Source: Candidatus Calditenuaceae archaeon HR02 (GTDB taxonomy: Archaea > Thermoproteota > Nitrososphaeria_A > Caldarchaeales > Calditenuaceae). From it: DNA of 32,000 bases. The stretch spans positions 1 to 32,000 of the forward strand of contig BEHE01000013.1 in the NCBI GenBank assembly GCA_002898395.1, written 5' to 3'. Position 1 is the stretch's first letter, and each line of letters begins with the position of its first letter. The notes below the pieces were generated by a model, which saw nothing but the letters and a program-made list of their open reading frames with translations, did no database searches and was not told the origin of the DNA. The position numbers and the translations under genes were made by a program. Shown here piece after piece: positions 17,441 through 26,619 of this stretch.

Positions 17441-18640
17441 GGAAAAATGGGGGAGGGAGGTTAGCCCGGCGGACAACCATCCCAACAACACCTAGGAAAC
17501 CCAAACGAGGCCGGTTGTTAAGAGCTATGACATGACTGGCGAAAATGCCAGTCTATTTAATTTTCTGACATACCTGCCCCCTGGGTTTTATCCCTGTTGC
17601 TGGGCCGGTATGCCCGCCGGCCTCTGGGTCTCCTGCTTGTATGTCAGCCAGATTTTCATGAGAACCCCCTCCTGTTTTCTTGCCTTTGGTATCCCTTCTA
17701 TAAGCGCCATCGTCAGTCTTACCAAGGCATGTCGAATTTGGTGGCTGTATCTCTGGTTTTTCGAGCGCCTATGGTAGAGCCTTACATATCCACGAATCCT
17801 CTGGAATGATTTTGAAAAATCTACATATGTCAGAAGCTCAGCCAAGGCTTCTTGAGCTTTTGTGTCGTTTTCACCCGTTATCCCGAAGCTCTCAGCCATC
17901 CCATCGAATTGTGGGTATCTTTTCCTTGCTTCCTCAACTATCCTCTCAGCAAGCCTATCAATATCGGTATCCAATTGTTCAATAGTGTTCTTCAGATAGA
18001 TTCTATCGCTTTGGTTTAGGGCTTTGGACATGCTCTCAAGCCTCCGACGAGACATCAGCAGAGCCCTATAAGCCGCTGTCAACCCCCTCATCACCAGAAA
18101 ATCCTCGGAAACCTATCTAAACCACTTAGGCTCAATAGACATCAAGGCCCTTAAATCGTTCCTCGAAGTCTTACTCACCTTAAGCCTTTCACGCATCTCC
18201 TTAACAATCCTCGCCCTCCTAAGATAGAAGACCCTTACACCACGCCTCAGAACCTCAATGAACTCATCAGTAAGCTCTATGGGAATAACATCCACATAGA
18301 GCTCGTCCCCAGACCTGGCAGGCATATCTGTTGTCTTCTCAGCCTTGCCGAAAACTTCTCCATCAACAGTATATAGGTGAAAGCTCTCCTCCGTCTTATT
18401 TCGCCGCCTTTTGTTAGCCAACCTGTGAACATCACAGTAGAATCTCACATCTACACCATCCCATCGACATTAATATACGGTTTAGGCCACCTCTTCCCAC
18501 ATTCGCGACTAGGCCTAGTCCTCAGCCTCACACCACAGTGGAGGGCCGGGGCTCAAGATTAAGACTCCAGAACTAGAGGGAATGATTAATGGGGCGGTAG
18601 GGCTGTCATCGAGACTCCCCTCGAGAACGGCCTCTATATC
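17441..18640 (-). mobile_element. IS110-family-like element, copy 2 (diverged paralogue), ends approximate
   Basis: It has the same architecture as copy 1. The right end finishes at ..CCCATTTTTCC (complement of 17441-). The left end starts at TAGAGGCC (complement of 18629-18636), 183 nt before the start codon. Confidence 0.55.
17588..18448 (-). pseudogene. IS110-like recombinase gene interrupted by a single in-frame TAG (18113-18115)
   Basis: ORFs 18113..18448 and 17588..18094 are in one frame: ..KWFR*VSEDFLVMRGL.. versus copy 1 ..KWFRKVDEDYLVMRRM... The start is GTG. It is roughly half identical to copy 1 at the protein level. Confidence 0.65.
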
Positions 18641-19110
18641 AGGAAGCCTAGAATACGATATCGACTCAGGCACGCTTAGGGTCAGGATAACTGCCGAGGC
18701 CTCAGAACTATTATTAAACAGGGAAAGGCCAATAAGGGTGAGACTACTCAAGGACTACTTCTCAGACATTCTTAAAGTAAGGCTTGAGAATGTGAGTCTA
18801 AGATACTATCCCGCCGCTAGGAGTGGTGCATACAGTATGGGATTTAAATACCGCTCAAAATGCCAACAAATACATAAACACAGAACAGATTAGATGCCCC
18901 AGATGCAACACAAAACTAAGAAACAGGTCAAGAAGATAGCACTTAACTCACGACGGGCAGGATGTTAATTCCTAAAGTTCTCAGAGAGGAGACATGCTCT
19001 TCACTGGGCAGGAAGCCCTCAGCGCAGGTCGGTCTCACTACACCTAAGATATTTCATAAGCGTAGGGGCGGGAGCTGGCTTCGGGAAGCCTGGAAGAGCT
19101 TAGAAATTAA

Positions 19111-19893
19111 CTAACTAATTTGAAAACTTTTGAGATATTTTCCTCGGAGTAGTAGTCTAACTGTGACGAATCTGTCCAGCCCTGAGGTGGCTATCTTTTT
19201 GCCGTAGACCTCCTCCACTTGGAAGACTCCCGCCTCGTTGACCATGTCCACCTCGACGATAAGTGGGATGTCGTCCCCCTCCTTAAGCTCGACCGACTTT
19301 ATCGCGAGGGCTGAGAAGGCGTGTATGTCTGACTTTCCATACATGTATGGGTATCTGGCCCTCCCCTCGGCCATGTCTGTTCCGTCCGCTAGCTTGACTA
19401 TCCCTGCCTCGAGGCTTAATGCCTGCACGTTATCATCATGTGCAAGTATGGAGTGGAGTATCTCTTGCCTAATCCTCATCTGTGCCTTCAGGTCTTGATA
19501 GTATTTAGGCAGTATCCTTGACAGTATTCCAGCCGCAACGTAGGTACCGGTTATGTGGTGCATCTCCCTGTGAATCATGTTGCCTATGTCGTGGAGATAG
19601 GAGCTTAAAAGGACAACTATCGCAGCGTCGCGGTGGCTGAGGCCATGCTGTACAGTCACCGGCCTCAAACCCCGCCTAGTCATTATGTCCAGTATCTCTA
19701 GCGCCGAGCCCGCGACTATCTTAGCATGCATTGGGCCGTGGTCGTTGTAGTAGAGCCGCTTAACCACCATGTCGTTACAGAGCCTGAGGGCTGTCTGAAG
19801 CTCCTCATCACCCTCCAGCTCGCGGTACAGTGTAGATAGGACCTCGTCTCCCTTCACCTTCTCCTCGACCAGCCTCTCCGAGACCCGCACCAT
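19111..19893 (-). CDS. HD-domain metal-dependent phosphohydrolase
   Basis: A 260-aa ORF with HGPMH and YLHDIGN motifs. Confidence 0.8.
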   Translation of the reverse strand: MVRVSERLVEEKVKGDEVLSTLYRELEGDEELQTALRLCNDMVVKRLYYNDHGPMHAKIVAGSALEILDIMTRRGLRPVTVQHGLSHRDAAIVVLLSSYLHDIGNMIHREMHHITGTYVAAGILSRILPKYYQDLKAQMRIRQEILHSILAHDDNVQALSLEAGIVKLADGTDMAEGRARYPYMYGKSDIHAFSALAIKSVELKEGDDIPLIVEVDMVNEAGVFQVEEVYGKKIATSGLDRFVTVRLLLRGKYLKSFQIS

Positions 19894-20008
19894 GGCTATT
19901 CTTAGGACGCCGGATCCAATAAAGCCGCGCCTACTGCCCCCGGCCCTCCCTCTGCATCGTTAATTACGTGGGCGGAGAATTAGTTATCTAGGGTGGGGGT
20001 GCCGGGAG

Positions 20009-21790
20009 ATGGGCTGGATACGTGAGCCAATAGTCGTGGTCCTAGGGCATGTGGACCATGGTAAAACCTCCCTTCTCGATAAGATGAGGGGCACAGTGGT
20101 TGCTAGGAGGGAGGCTGGTGGCATAACGCAGCACATAGGAGCTAGCCACTTCCCACTGGACGCGGTGCTGGAGACTTGTAGGCGGCTGCTGGGAGAGGTA
20201 AAGGTCCAGCTAAAGGTTCCCGGCCTCCTCTTCATAGACACGCCCGGGCACCAGGTCTTCGCAAACCTGAGGAAGAGGGGTGGCTCGATAGCTGATATGG
20301 CCATCTTAGTGGTCGATGTTATGCAGGGGGTCCAGGAGCAGACGGTTGAGAGCATCCAGCTCCTCAGGGCCAGGAAGACCCCCTTCGTGGTTGCCCTCAA
20401 TAAGATAGACATGATAACTGGCTGGAAGCCTGTCGAGGGAGCCCCCTTCAAAGACTCCTTCAGCAACCAGCACCCCCGAGTCAGGGAGGCCCTCGAGGCC
20501 CGCGTATACACTGTAGTGGGACAGCTCTCAAGCCTCGGATTCCAGTCAGACCTCTACACCCGGATAACAAACTTCGCAAAGACCCTAGCCATTGTTCCGG
20601 TAAGCGCGAAGACAGGCGAGGGTATTGCCGACCTGTTGCTGGTAATTCTGGGTCTGGCCCAGGCCTACATGTCGAGGCAGCTGGAGGCCGAGGAAAAAGG
20701 GGCTGAGGGAACCATCCTAGAAGTCGTCGAGGAGGTAGGGCTTGGAGCCACGGCCAACGCCGTGATAAGCGACGGTATACTACGCGTCGAGGACAGGGTG
20801 GCTGTGCTCGGCAGGGATGGGCCGATGGTAGTAAGGGTCAGAGCCCTCCTAATGCCCAAGCCCTTAGACGAGATGAGAGACCCGCGAGACAGGTTCAGGA
20901 ACGTTGAAGAGGTCAGGGCCTCCGCCGGCGTGAAGATTGTCGGCGAGGGCCTAGACGCCGCCGTTCCAGGCTCACCACTATACGCGGTCTCAAACGAGGA
21001 GAAGCTCGAAGAAGTCTTCGCAAGGCTTCAGAGCGAGGTTGGGGAGTTTGTAGTCAGGACAGACAAGATAGGAGTAGTCGTGAAGGCAGACACGTTGGGC
21101 ACGCTCGAGGCGATGGTGAACTATCTGAGAGAGAAGGGTGTCCCTATAAGGTCTGCCGACATCGGCGACATCTCGAAGAGGGACTTGATGGAGTCAGCCG
21201 CGGTAAAGCTAAAGGACGAGTTTTTAGGCGTCATCCTGGCTTTCAACGTCGATGTGCCCAAGGAGCTTGAGGCGGAAGCCGCCAGTCGGGGGGTCCGCAT
21301 ATTTAGAGGAGAAGTACTCTTCAGACTGGTTGATGAGTATCTACAATGGGTTACTACGACACGCGAGGAGCGCGCAAGAGCCAGCTTCGAGAGGCTCGTC
21401 AAGCCGGCCAAGATCAGGGTCCTAGAGGGCTATGTATTCAGGAGGAGCAACCCCGCGATATTCGGCGTTGAGATTCTCTCAGGCCAGCTCACACCCCACG
21501 TGAGCTTGATGAACTCATCGGGCCGCGTTGTCGGCGTCGTCACACAGCTCCAGAACATGGGGAGACCTGTAGCAATTGCCTCTGCAGGGGAGAAGGTTGC
21601 CATCTCGATGAAGGAGCCAGTTGTTGGGAGGCACATAAAGGAGGGTGAGACACTATACGTCGCAATACCGGAGAGCGACGCCCGCCTCCTCTTAACCACC
21701 TTCCAGGACAGACTTAGTGAAGACGCAAAAACCACTCTCAACGAGATAGTCGAGATCAAACGTAAGACTAATCCCCTATGGGCAATGTAG
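20009..21790 (+). CDS. infB: translation initiation factor aIF5B (IF-2 homologue)
   Basis: GHVDHGKTSLLD (G1), DTPGH (G3), NKID (G4). A 593-aa ORF with the domain order typical of aIF5B. Confidence 0.9.
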   Translation: MGWIREPIVVVLGHVDHGKTSLLDKMRGTVVARREAGGITQHIGASHFPLDAVLETCRRLLGEVKVQLKVPGLLFIDTPGHQVFANLRKRGGSIADMAILVVDVMQGVQEQTVESIQLLRARKTPFVVALNKIDMITGWKPVEGAPFKDSFSNQHPRVREALEARVYTVVGQLSSLGFQSDLYTRITNFAKTLAIVPVSAKTGEGIADLLLVILGLAQAYMSRQLEAEEKGAEGTILEVVEEVGLGATANAVISDGILRVEDRVAVLGRDGPMVVRVRALLMPKPLDEMRDPRDRFRNVEEVRASAGVKIVGEGLDAAVPGSPLYAVSNEEKLEEVFARLQSEVGEFVVRTDKIGVVVKADTLGTLEAMVNYLREKGVPIRSADIGDISKRDLMESAAVKLKDEFLGVILAFNVDVPKELEAEAASRGVRIFRGEVLFRLVDEYLQWVTTTREERARASFERLVKPAKIRVLEGYVFRRSNPAIFGVEILSGQLTPHVSLMNSSGRVVGVVTQLQNMGRPVAIASAGEKVAISMKEPVVGRHIKEGETLYVAIPESDARLLLTTFQDRLSEDAKTTLNEIVEIKRKTNPLWAM

Positions 21791-21791
21791 C

Positions 21792-21897
21792 AGGCCCCGC
21801 GCCAAAATGTAAATCTCTACAGCGTAGCGGGGTCTGCGGAGGATCTTTAATACGACTCGATCTGGATCACGTGGTCATAGACCAATCCAACCACTAT
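21792..21897 (+). pseudogene. ~100-bp degraded copy of an internal 5' segment of the LLM oxidoreductase gene
   Basis: 21815-21897 aligns to 22690-22783 at about three-quarters identity. It translates LYSVAGSAEDL*YDSIWI against VYSVAKAAEELGYDSIWTTDH, with a stop codon and a ~7-nt deletion. Confidence 0.55.
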
Positions 21898-21934
21898 TAT
21901 GCCTCTCATGCCTCTTCCTCACCAATTCAAAGAG

Positions 21935-22051
21935 TTTAAGCCATAAAATTTTGTCACCTTTCCATGAAAAATTAGGAATCAAAAAGATAGTCTCCAAAGA
22001 CGAAGATTTCGATAAAATACCTGGAATAGAGTGTGTATGGTTAAAAACATA
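21935..22051 (+). pseudogene. PIN-domain C-terminal remnant
   Basis: LSPFHEKLGIKKIVSKDEDFDKIPGIECVWLKT* matches the ..T.D.DF..I.G.. PIN C-terminus. No N-terminal part is present. Confidence 0.4.
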
Positions 22052-22614
22052 AGTTTTTATTCGGTGGTTTGTAAAAGATTTCTCCATCATATCAGAAGGC
22101 ATTTGAAGATGTTACTATCTATGTAAACCAACTCGTGACATAATTTTCTTCACGGGGCATACTCTCTAATTATCTCTCCCGGATTTTCTCTATATGTTCT
22201 CGCGTAGTAATTTATTTCTTTAGTTCTATCCCTTCTCAGAGACATGTCGAGTTGCCACTACGGGCGGAACCCTGTAAACATTCTTATTCTCGCCCCCGTC
22301 TACAATCTGGGGAGCATTCATTAAACTATCTCATCGATCTTCATGCCAATCTTCCTATTACCGTATTTGACATATAAAATCAGAGCTATGTCTCCAAGTC
22401 ATAGAGCAGCACATTTAATATGGGGATTTTATTGATTATTCCTGCTTATTTACGTGTTCTAGCAATCGTAGCGTTTTTGTGTCTGTGTTGGGGATAGGTT
22501 TAGACGTTAGTTTCTGAGACATATTTTAACCATTATACCTTCAGTACAAGTTCCCAAAGGGAAAAGGATAGGCTACAAGACACAGCACAATCAAAATGTA
22601 AATAGTGGTGGACA

Positions 22615-23529
22615 GTGGATAGTTTTGTGGCTCGTCCATTTCTTGGGATAGCTATCCCCCACTTCGGCCGCAATCTATCGCCCGACTCTGTCTATAGTGT
22701 TGCGAAGGCTGCGGAAGAGCTTGGATACGACTCGATCTGGACCACAGACCACGTGGTCATAGACCCATCCAACTACTACCCCTATGGGCGAATATACGAG
22801 AGCATAGCCGTCCTCGCGGCGATAGGCTCGGTCACGGAGGGAATAAGGATAGGGACTTCCATCATAGTAATACCCATGCGAAACGCAGTTCTCACGGCCA
22901 AGCAGCTCGCCACCATCGACTCACTCACTGGCGGCAGGCTCATCGTTGGCTTAGGCGTGGGCTGGAACTGGCAGGAATTCAGAAACTTGGGAGCCGATTT
23001 TAGGCGACGTGGCAGGATAGAGGAGGAGTCAATCAAGCTTATGAAAACCCTTTGGAGCGGTGAGAGGCCGGTATTCGCGGGAGAGTTCTACAGGGTTGAG
23101 GACGCCGTATTTGAGCCTCTTCCGGCACAGCAGGGTGGACCACCCATCTGGCTTGGAGGCAACAGCAGGGTCGCGTTGGAGCGGGCCTTGAGACTAGCCG
23201 ACGGCTGGCATGTCACCGGCATGCATCCGAGCGATTTCGCGGATATGGTGAAGAGAGCAGCAGGGAGGGCAAAGCCCGAGTTTGTATTCTCGGCCAGGCT
23301 GACGGTTGAGCTCGGAGGAAAGGGGCCCAAGGAATATACATCGCCGCTTGGAGAAAGGCGTTTCATATTGGGTGGCAGCGCCGGACAGGTTGCTGATCAG
23401 CTATCGGCATATATACGGAGTGGTGCTAGTCACCTGGTCCTATATCTGGGAGACCTGCCGGCAAAAACCTACATCGATACCATGAGACGGCTTATGAGGG
23501 AGGTAGCACCCTCCATATCCGGCAGCTGA
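22615..23529 (+). CDS. luciferase-like monooxygenase (LLM) family, probably an F420-dependent oxidoreductase
   Basis: A 304-aa ORF with ELGYDSIWTTDH, TGGRLIVGLGVGW and GGPPIWLGG. The start is GTG. Confidence 0.8.
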   Translation: MDSFVARPFLGIAIPHFGRNLSPDSVYSVAKAAEELGYDSIWTTDHVVIDPSNYYPYGRIYESIAVLAAIGSVTEGIRIGTSIIVIPMRNAVLTAKQLATIDSLTGGRLIVGLGVGWNWQEFRNLGADFRRRGRIEEESIKLMKTLWSGERPVFAGEFYRVEDAVFEPLPAQQGGPPIWLGGNSRVALERALRLADGWHVTGMHPSDFADMVKRAAGRAKPEFVFSARLTVELGGKGPKEYTSPLGERRFILGGSAGQVADQLSAYIRSGASHLVLYLGDLPAKTYIDTMRRLMREVAPSISGS

Positions 23530-24110
23530 GCCCTGTATTTAACCAGCGGCTTTCAACCAAGTCGTTGAAGACTTACCAAGTCTCTAGAAAAGATCACGAA
23601 AAACGATGATTCACGCGTGACTTCCGTGCCGGTTATTGGGCTGCGTAGTTTAAGACTTGTTGTGTAAAAATGCTGAGGCTTTGAGCAGTCATAGTGTTTG
23701 AAGACTGCCTGCAAGACACTCTCGCCTCTCAGCGCCCTCCCCCACCCGTGTCACGATACCGTGCCTGAACTGTCTTACGGCATAAGCCTCCCGCATCGAC
23801 TCTAAGACTTCCTCTCTTTTCCGACGCCTTCACAAGCCTACCCTCAGCCATCCCCATCCATCGCCCCTTCATTGATGGGTCAGAACTATTTTTCAGATAT
23901 GCCTCGTTATTCAGCTTTTACTCACCGCGAGCGTGTCTAAAAATTCCGTTACGCGCTTAATCCAGATGTTGTGGGTTGGGATTGCTTCGGACTCTTCGCG
24001 AAAGGGGCGCTTTTCACGCCTTACAGAGCCTTAACTACCCCATTTCGCAGGCCTAAAAGACGGTAGAGAGCAACGCATATAAAATACACAGAAAATGGAT
24101 TAAGAGCGAT

Positions 24111-24494
24111 CTATATTGTAGTGAGGGCGAGGAAGTCTGTCCTAAATTCCGATAGGTCTAGGTCCTTTCTCGCAGGGTCTATCTTTATCATGTATGCCTC
24201 CATGTCTAATACCCCGAATATCATCTCCACTGTAAGCTCGTCTAGCAGGAAGGCTTCAACCCAAACCTCCCTGTCGTCTATATCAACCAAGACCTCGCAG
24301 ACCGTCTCCAGCGTAACCCTTCTGCCGTCCGCCAGCGTAGCATACGTCGGGGCTATAATCTTCCTAGTGCTCGAGACGCTAGCTGCGACCTCCCTCTTTA
24401 TGAGAGACCTAGTAGCCCCGGTATCAAACAACACGTCAACGACTCTCTCACCCCTATCACCCCTTACGTGCAGCCTCTTCTTGACCATTCCCAT
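24111..24494 (-). CDS. retropepsin-like (clan AA) aspartic protease
   Basis: A 127-aa ORF with the LFDTGATRSLI active-site motif. Confidence 0.7.
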   Translation of the reverse strand: MGMVKKRLHVRGDRGERVVDVLFDTGATRSLIKREVAASVSSTRKIIAPTYATLADGRRVTLETVCEVLVDIDDREVWVEAFLLDELTVEMIFGVLDMEAYMIKIDPARKDLDLSEFRTDFLALTTI

Positions 24495-24721
24495 CCCTGC
24501 CCAAATAATCTACACTCGCCAGACGCTAATAAGCTTAATGAAATCACGAATAACCAAGTAAACTTCATAAGCATAATCTCTCATGAATTAAGGCTGAATA
24601 TCTTCCACCAACCATTCTGGCTATTATCTACTTTCCTTCCTAAGGCCTGTATAGTATCATGTTCCAGCAAGTAAGGGATGCCAGGAAAGTCTCAGTCTAC
24701 AAGGATGTGTTAGTGCAGAGC

Positions 24722-24955
24722 ATGGAGCGGCTTGGGCTACATTTCGTAAGGCAGGCGAAGATAAGCCTTGGTGAGCTCTCGTCAGAAGCCGGGCACCATA
24801 CTATCTAGCCGACTTCCTGGTAGGTGGCAAGCTTGTGGTGGACTATGATAGCTATGCGCACAGAACCAGCAGGAGGCAGTTGGATAGCAGGAGGGATGAA
24901 ATCCTCCAGAAACTAGGCTACAAGATACTTAGGATAGATAACGAGGGTGTTAGAC
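24722..24955 (+). pseudogene. DUF559 / Vsr-like endonuclease-fold remnant (frameshifted)
   Basis: MERLGLHFVRQAKISL.. is followed, in a shifted frame, by YYLADFLVGGKLVVDYDSYAHRTS..RRDEILQKLGYKILRIDNEGV. Confidence 0.4.
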
Positions 24956-25392
24956 TCGGCCCTGACGTACGCGCCTACCGGTTAGCAAAAACACTAGGAG
25001 AACTCCCAATTCCAAAGACGGATGCCGCCTTCTCATGGCTGAGAATAACACGTAGCGCAGTATTGGCCGGTATAAGGGTTTCATGCAGCCTCGAGAGGCT
25101 AAGACTCTTCCTAGGAGAGACCATAAACTCCGAGATCGTTAGGGGATACCTGGCTGGTGGGAGGGATAGGCTAGTGGAGAGAAAGAGAACCAGGGGATCG
25201 GCGATAGAGGTAGAGGCAGAGTGGAAGAAGAAACTATCCACACACCAAGGATACACTCTAATAACATGCTCGAACATAAAACAAGTATCCTATAGAGATG
25301 AATATGGCTCAAGCATTAGATGGCTGCCCGATAGCGGCGTAACAGGCTCCCTAGCGGGAGAAGCAGGCATAGAGGCGTTACTCGCGCTGAAT

Positions 25393-25674
25393 ATGTCAAC
25401 AATAAGAATAATTCTTGATAAGGAATTAGAGAGGCGATTCAGAGAATTGGCGATGAGAAAGTTCGGCTATAGCAAAGGCGCTATCAGTAGGGCTGCTCAG
25501 GAGGCTATAGCTATGTGGGTATCGTGGGTTGAGTCAGAAGGTTTTCAAGTTGAGGAAGACCCTATAGAGGCTATAGATGGGCTCTTATCTGACATTAGGC
25601 TAGACGCTGTGGAATTACAACATAAAGCGACTGAGTTTTGGATAACTAAAGTAGCTAGCCATGTATCTGATTGA
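25393..25674 (+). CDS. ribbon-helix-helix (VapB/CopG-like) antitoxin; C-terminal part of the 24835..25674 ORF
   Basis: MSTIRIILDKELERRFRELAMRKFGYSKGAISRAAQEAIAMWV is RHH-like. Its 3' end overlaps the vapC start by 14 nt. The upstream 186 codons of the long ORF appear to be read-through of remnants. Confidence 0.5.
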   Translation: MSTIRIILDKELERRFRELAMRKFGYSKGAISRAAQEAIAMWVSWVESEGFQVEEDPIEAIDGLLSDIRLDAVELQHKATEFWITKVASHVSD

Positions 25675-26068
25675 TATAAATATATTTCTCGAAGTTCTGC
25701 TAGGAAGACATAGGAAGGACGATTGCAAGAAACTACTTAGGCAAGTCCAAGAAGGGAAGGGTAAAGGAATAATAACTGACTTCACCATACACTCGATAAT
25801 CGTAATAATGGATGGGTTTAGGAAGCTGAGTGAGTTAAGAACCTTCTTGACTAGTCTAACGGCCTATAAGGGGCTTCAGATACACATAACCACACTATCC
25901 GATGAGGTTAGGGCAGTAGAGCTAGCTACTAAGCATGGCTTAGACATGGACGATGCGATACAATACTATACAGCACTGAGCTTAGGCGTAGACGCTATAA
26001 TATCCTTCGATAAGCATTTTGATAACCTTGAAATACCGAGAAAAGAAACCTGCGGATCTGCTAAGTAA
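25661..26068 (+). CDS. vapC: PIN-domain toxin VapC
   Basis: A 135-aa ORF with MYLIDINIFLE.., ..DMDDAIQYYTA.. and ..AIISFDKHFD.., the PIN acidic motifs. Confidence 0.8.
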   Translation: MYLIDINIFLEVLLGRHRKDDCKKLLRQVQEGKGKGIITDFTIHSIIVIMDGFRKLSELRTFLTSLTAYKGLQIHITTLSDEVRAVELATKHGLDMDDAIQYYTALSLGVDAIISFDKHFDNLEIPRKETCGSAK

Positions 26069-26116
26069 ATAGCCTGTGGACTCCCACTATGTACTATATT
26101 CAGCATTAAGTAAGCC

Positions 26117-26599
26117 GAGCGTGTCGAGAAATTCTTAGCCTAATAAGTCTTTCGTTATAATGGGATGCGGTTACTTATGAGGTGGTCTGCTGAGGCTGAG
26201 GATCTAGGTGGGCTAGTGTCTATAGTGTTGGAGTTTTCTTCTAGTTGTGTTGGGCTGGTGGTCAGGTGTAGGGGTGGGGAGGCCCTTCATGATTGATGGA
26301 GACTATGGCTAGGATGAAGCAATTGGGATAGCTAATTGGTAAGACCCGACACTAGCAGGGATAGGGGATACTATAGGAGGGGCTAGGAAGATATTCAGAG
26401 TACTAGCTGAATAACTATAGGGGTAATAGGCCCTGGGGGAGAGTCTACATTCGGATCACTCGTCAACGAGTTCGACGACAGGGTAAAGACAAGGAGAAAC
26501 GATGCAACCTCCATGAGGATAATCTCCAGGCTCATAGCACAGGCAGCAAAGACGCTGATAAGGATAAGGAAGGCTATAATGGAATTTTTAGACACGCTC
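26117..26599. mobile_element. 483-bp member of the GAGCGTGTC-repeat family containing a decayed IS110-like left end and 5' ORF (copy 3)
   Basis: Left end GAGCGTGTCGAGAAATTCT, right end at 26581-26599. The subterminal GTTATAATGGGATGCGGTTAC resembles the 145-bp MITE. Inside, GCTGAGGCTGAGGATCTAGG matches the copy 2 left end, and CTGGTGGTCAGGTGTAGGGGTGGGGAGG matches CTGGTTCAGGTGATATAGATGGTGAGG of copy 1. Translations VKTRRND and MRIISRL echo KTSRND and MRRMISS. Confidence 0.4.
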
Positions 26600-26619
26600 T
26601 CTATTAGGTTGTATATTTA

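Larger units (their letters stand above)
23929..26599. mobile_element. 2.67 kb segment bracketed by a perfect 19-bp inverted repeat GAGCGTGTCTAAAAATTCC (possible non-autonomous cargo element)
   Basis: 23929-23947 is the exact reverse complement of 26581-26599. The interior carries the aspartic protease gene, a DUF559-like remnant, a VapBC pair and a nested smaller member of the same repeat family. Confidence 0.4.

Noticed and set aside
18840-19100. A possible TnpB (IS200/IS605 OrfB) C-terminal remnant (DLNTAQNANKYI, IRCPRCNTKL, QDVNS) upstream of IS110-like copy 2.
   Set aside because: The motifs are short, appear in the wrong order for TnpB, and need several frame changes. Too weak to call.
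24835-25392. The N-terminal 186 codons of ORF 24835..25674, considered as a genuine fusion to the RHH antitoxin.
   Set aside because: The first ~40 codons are the tail of a frameshifted DUF559-like gene and the rest has no recognisable fold. An internal ATG at 25393 gives a normal-sized antitoxin.
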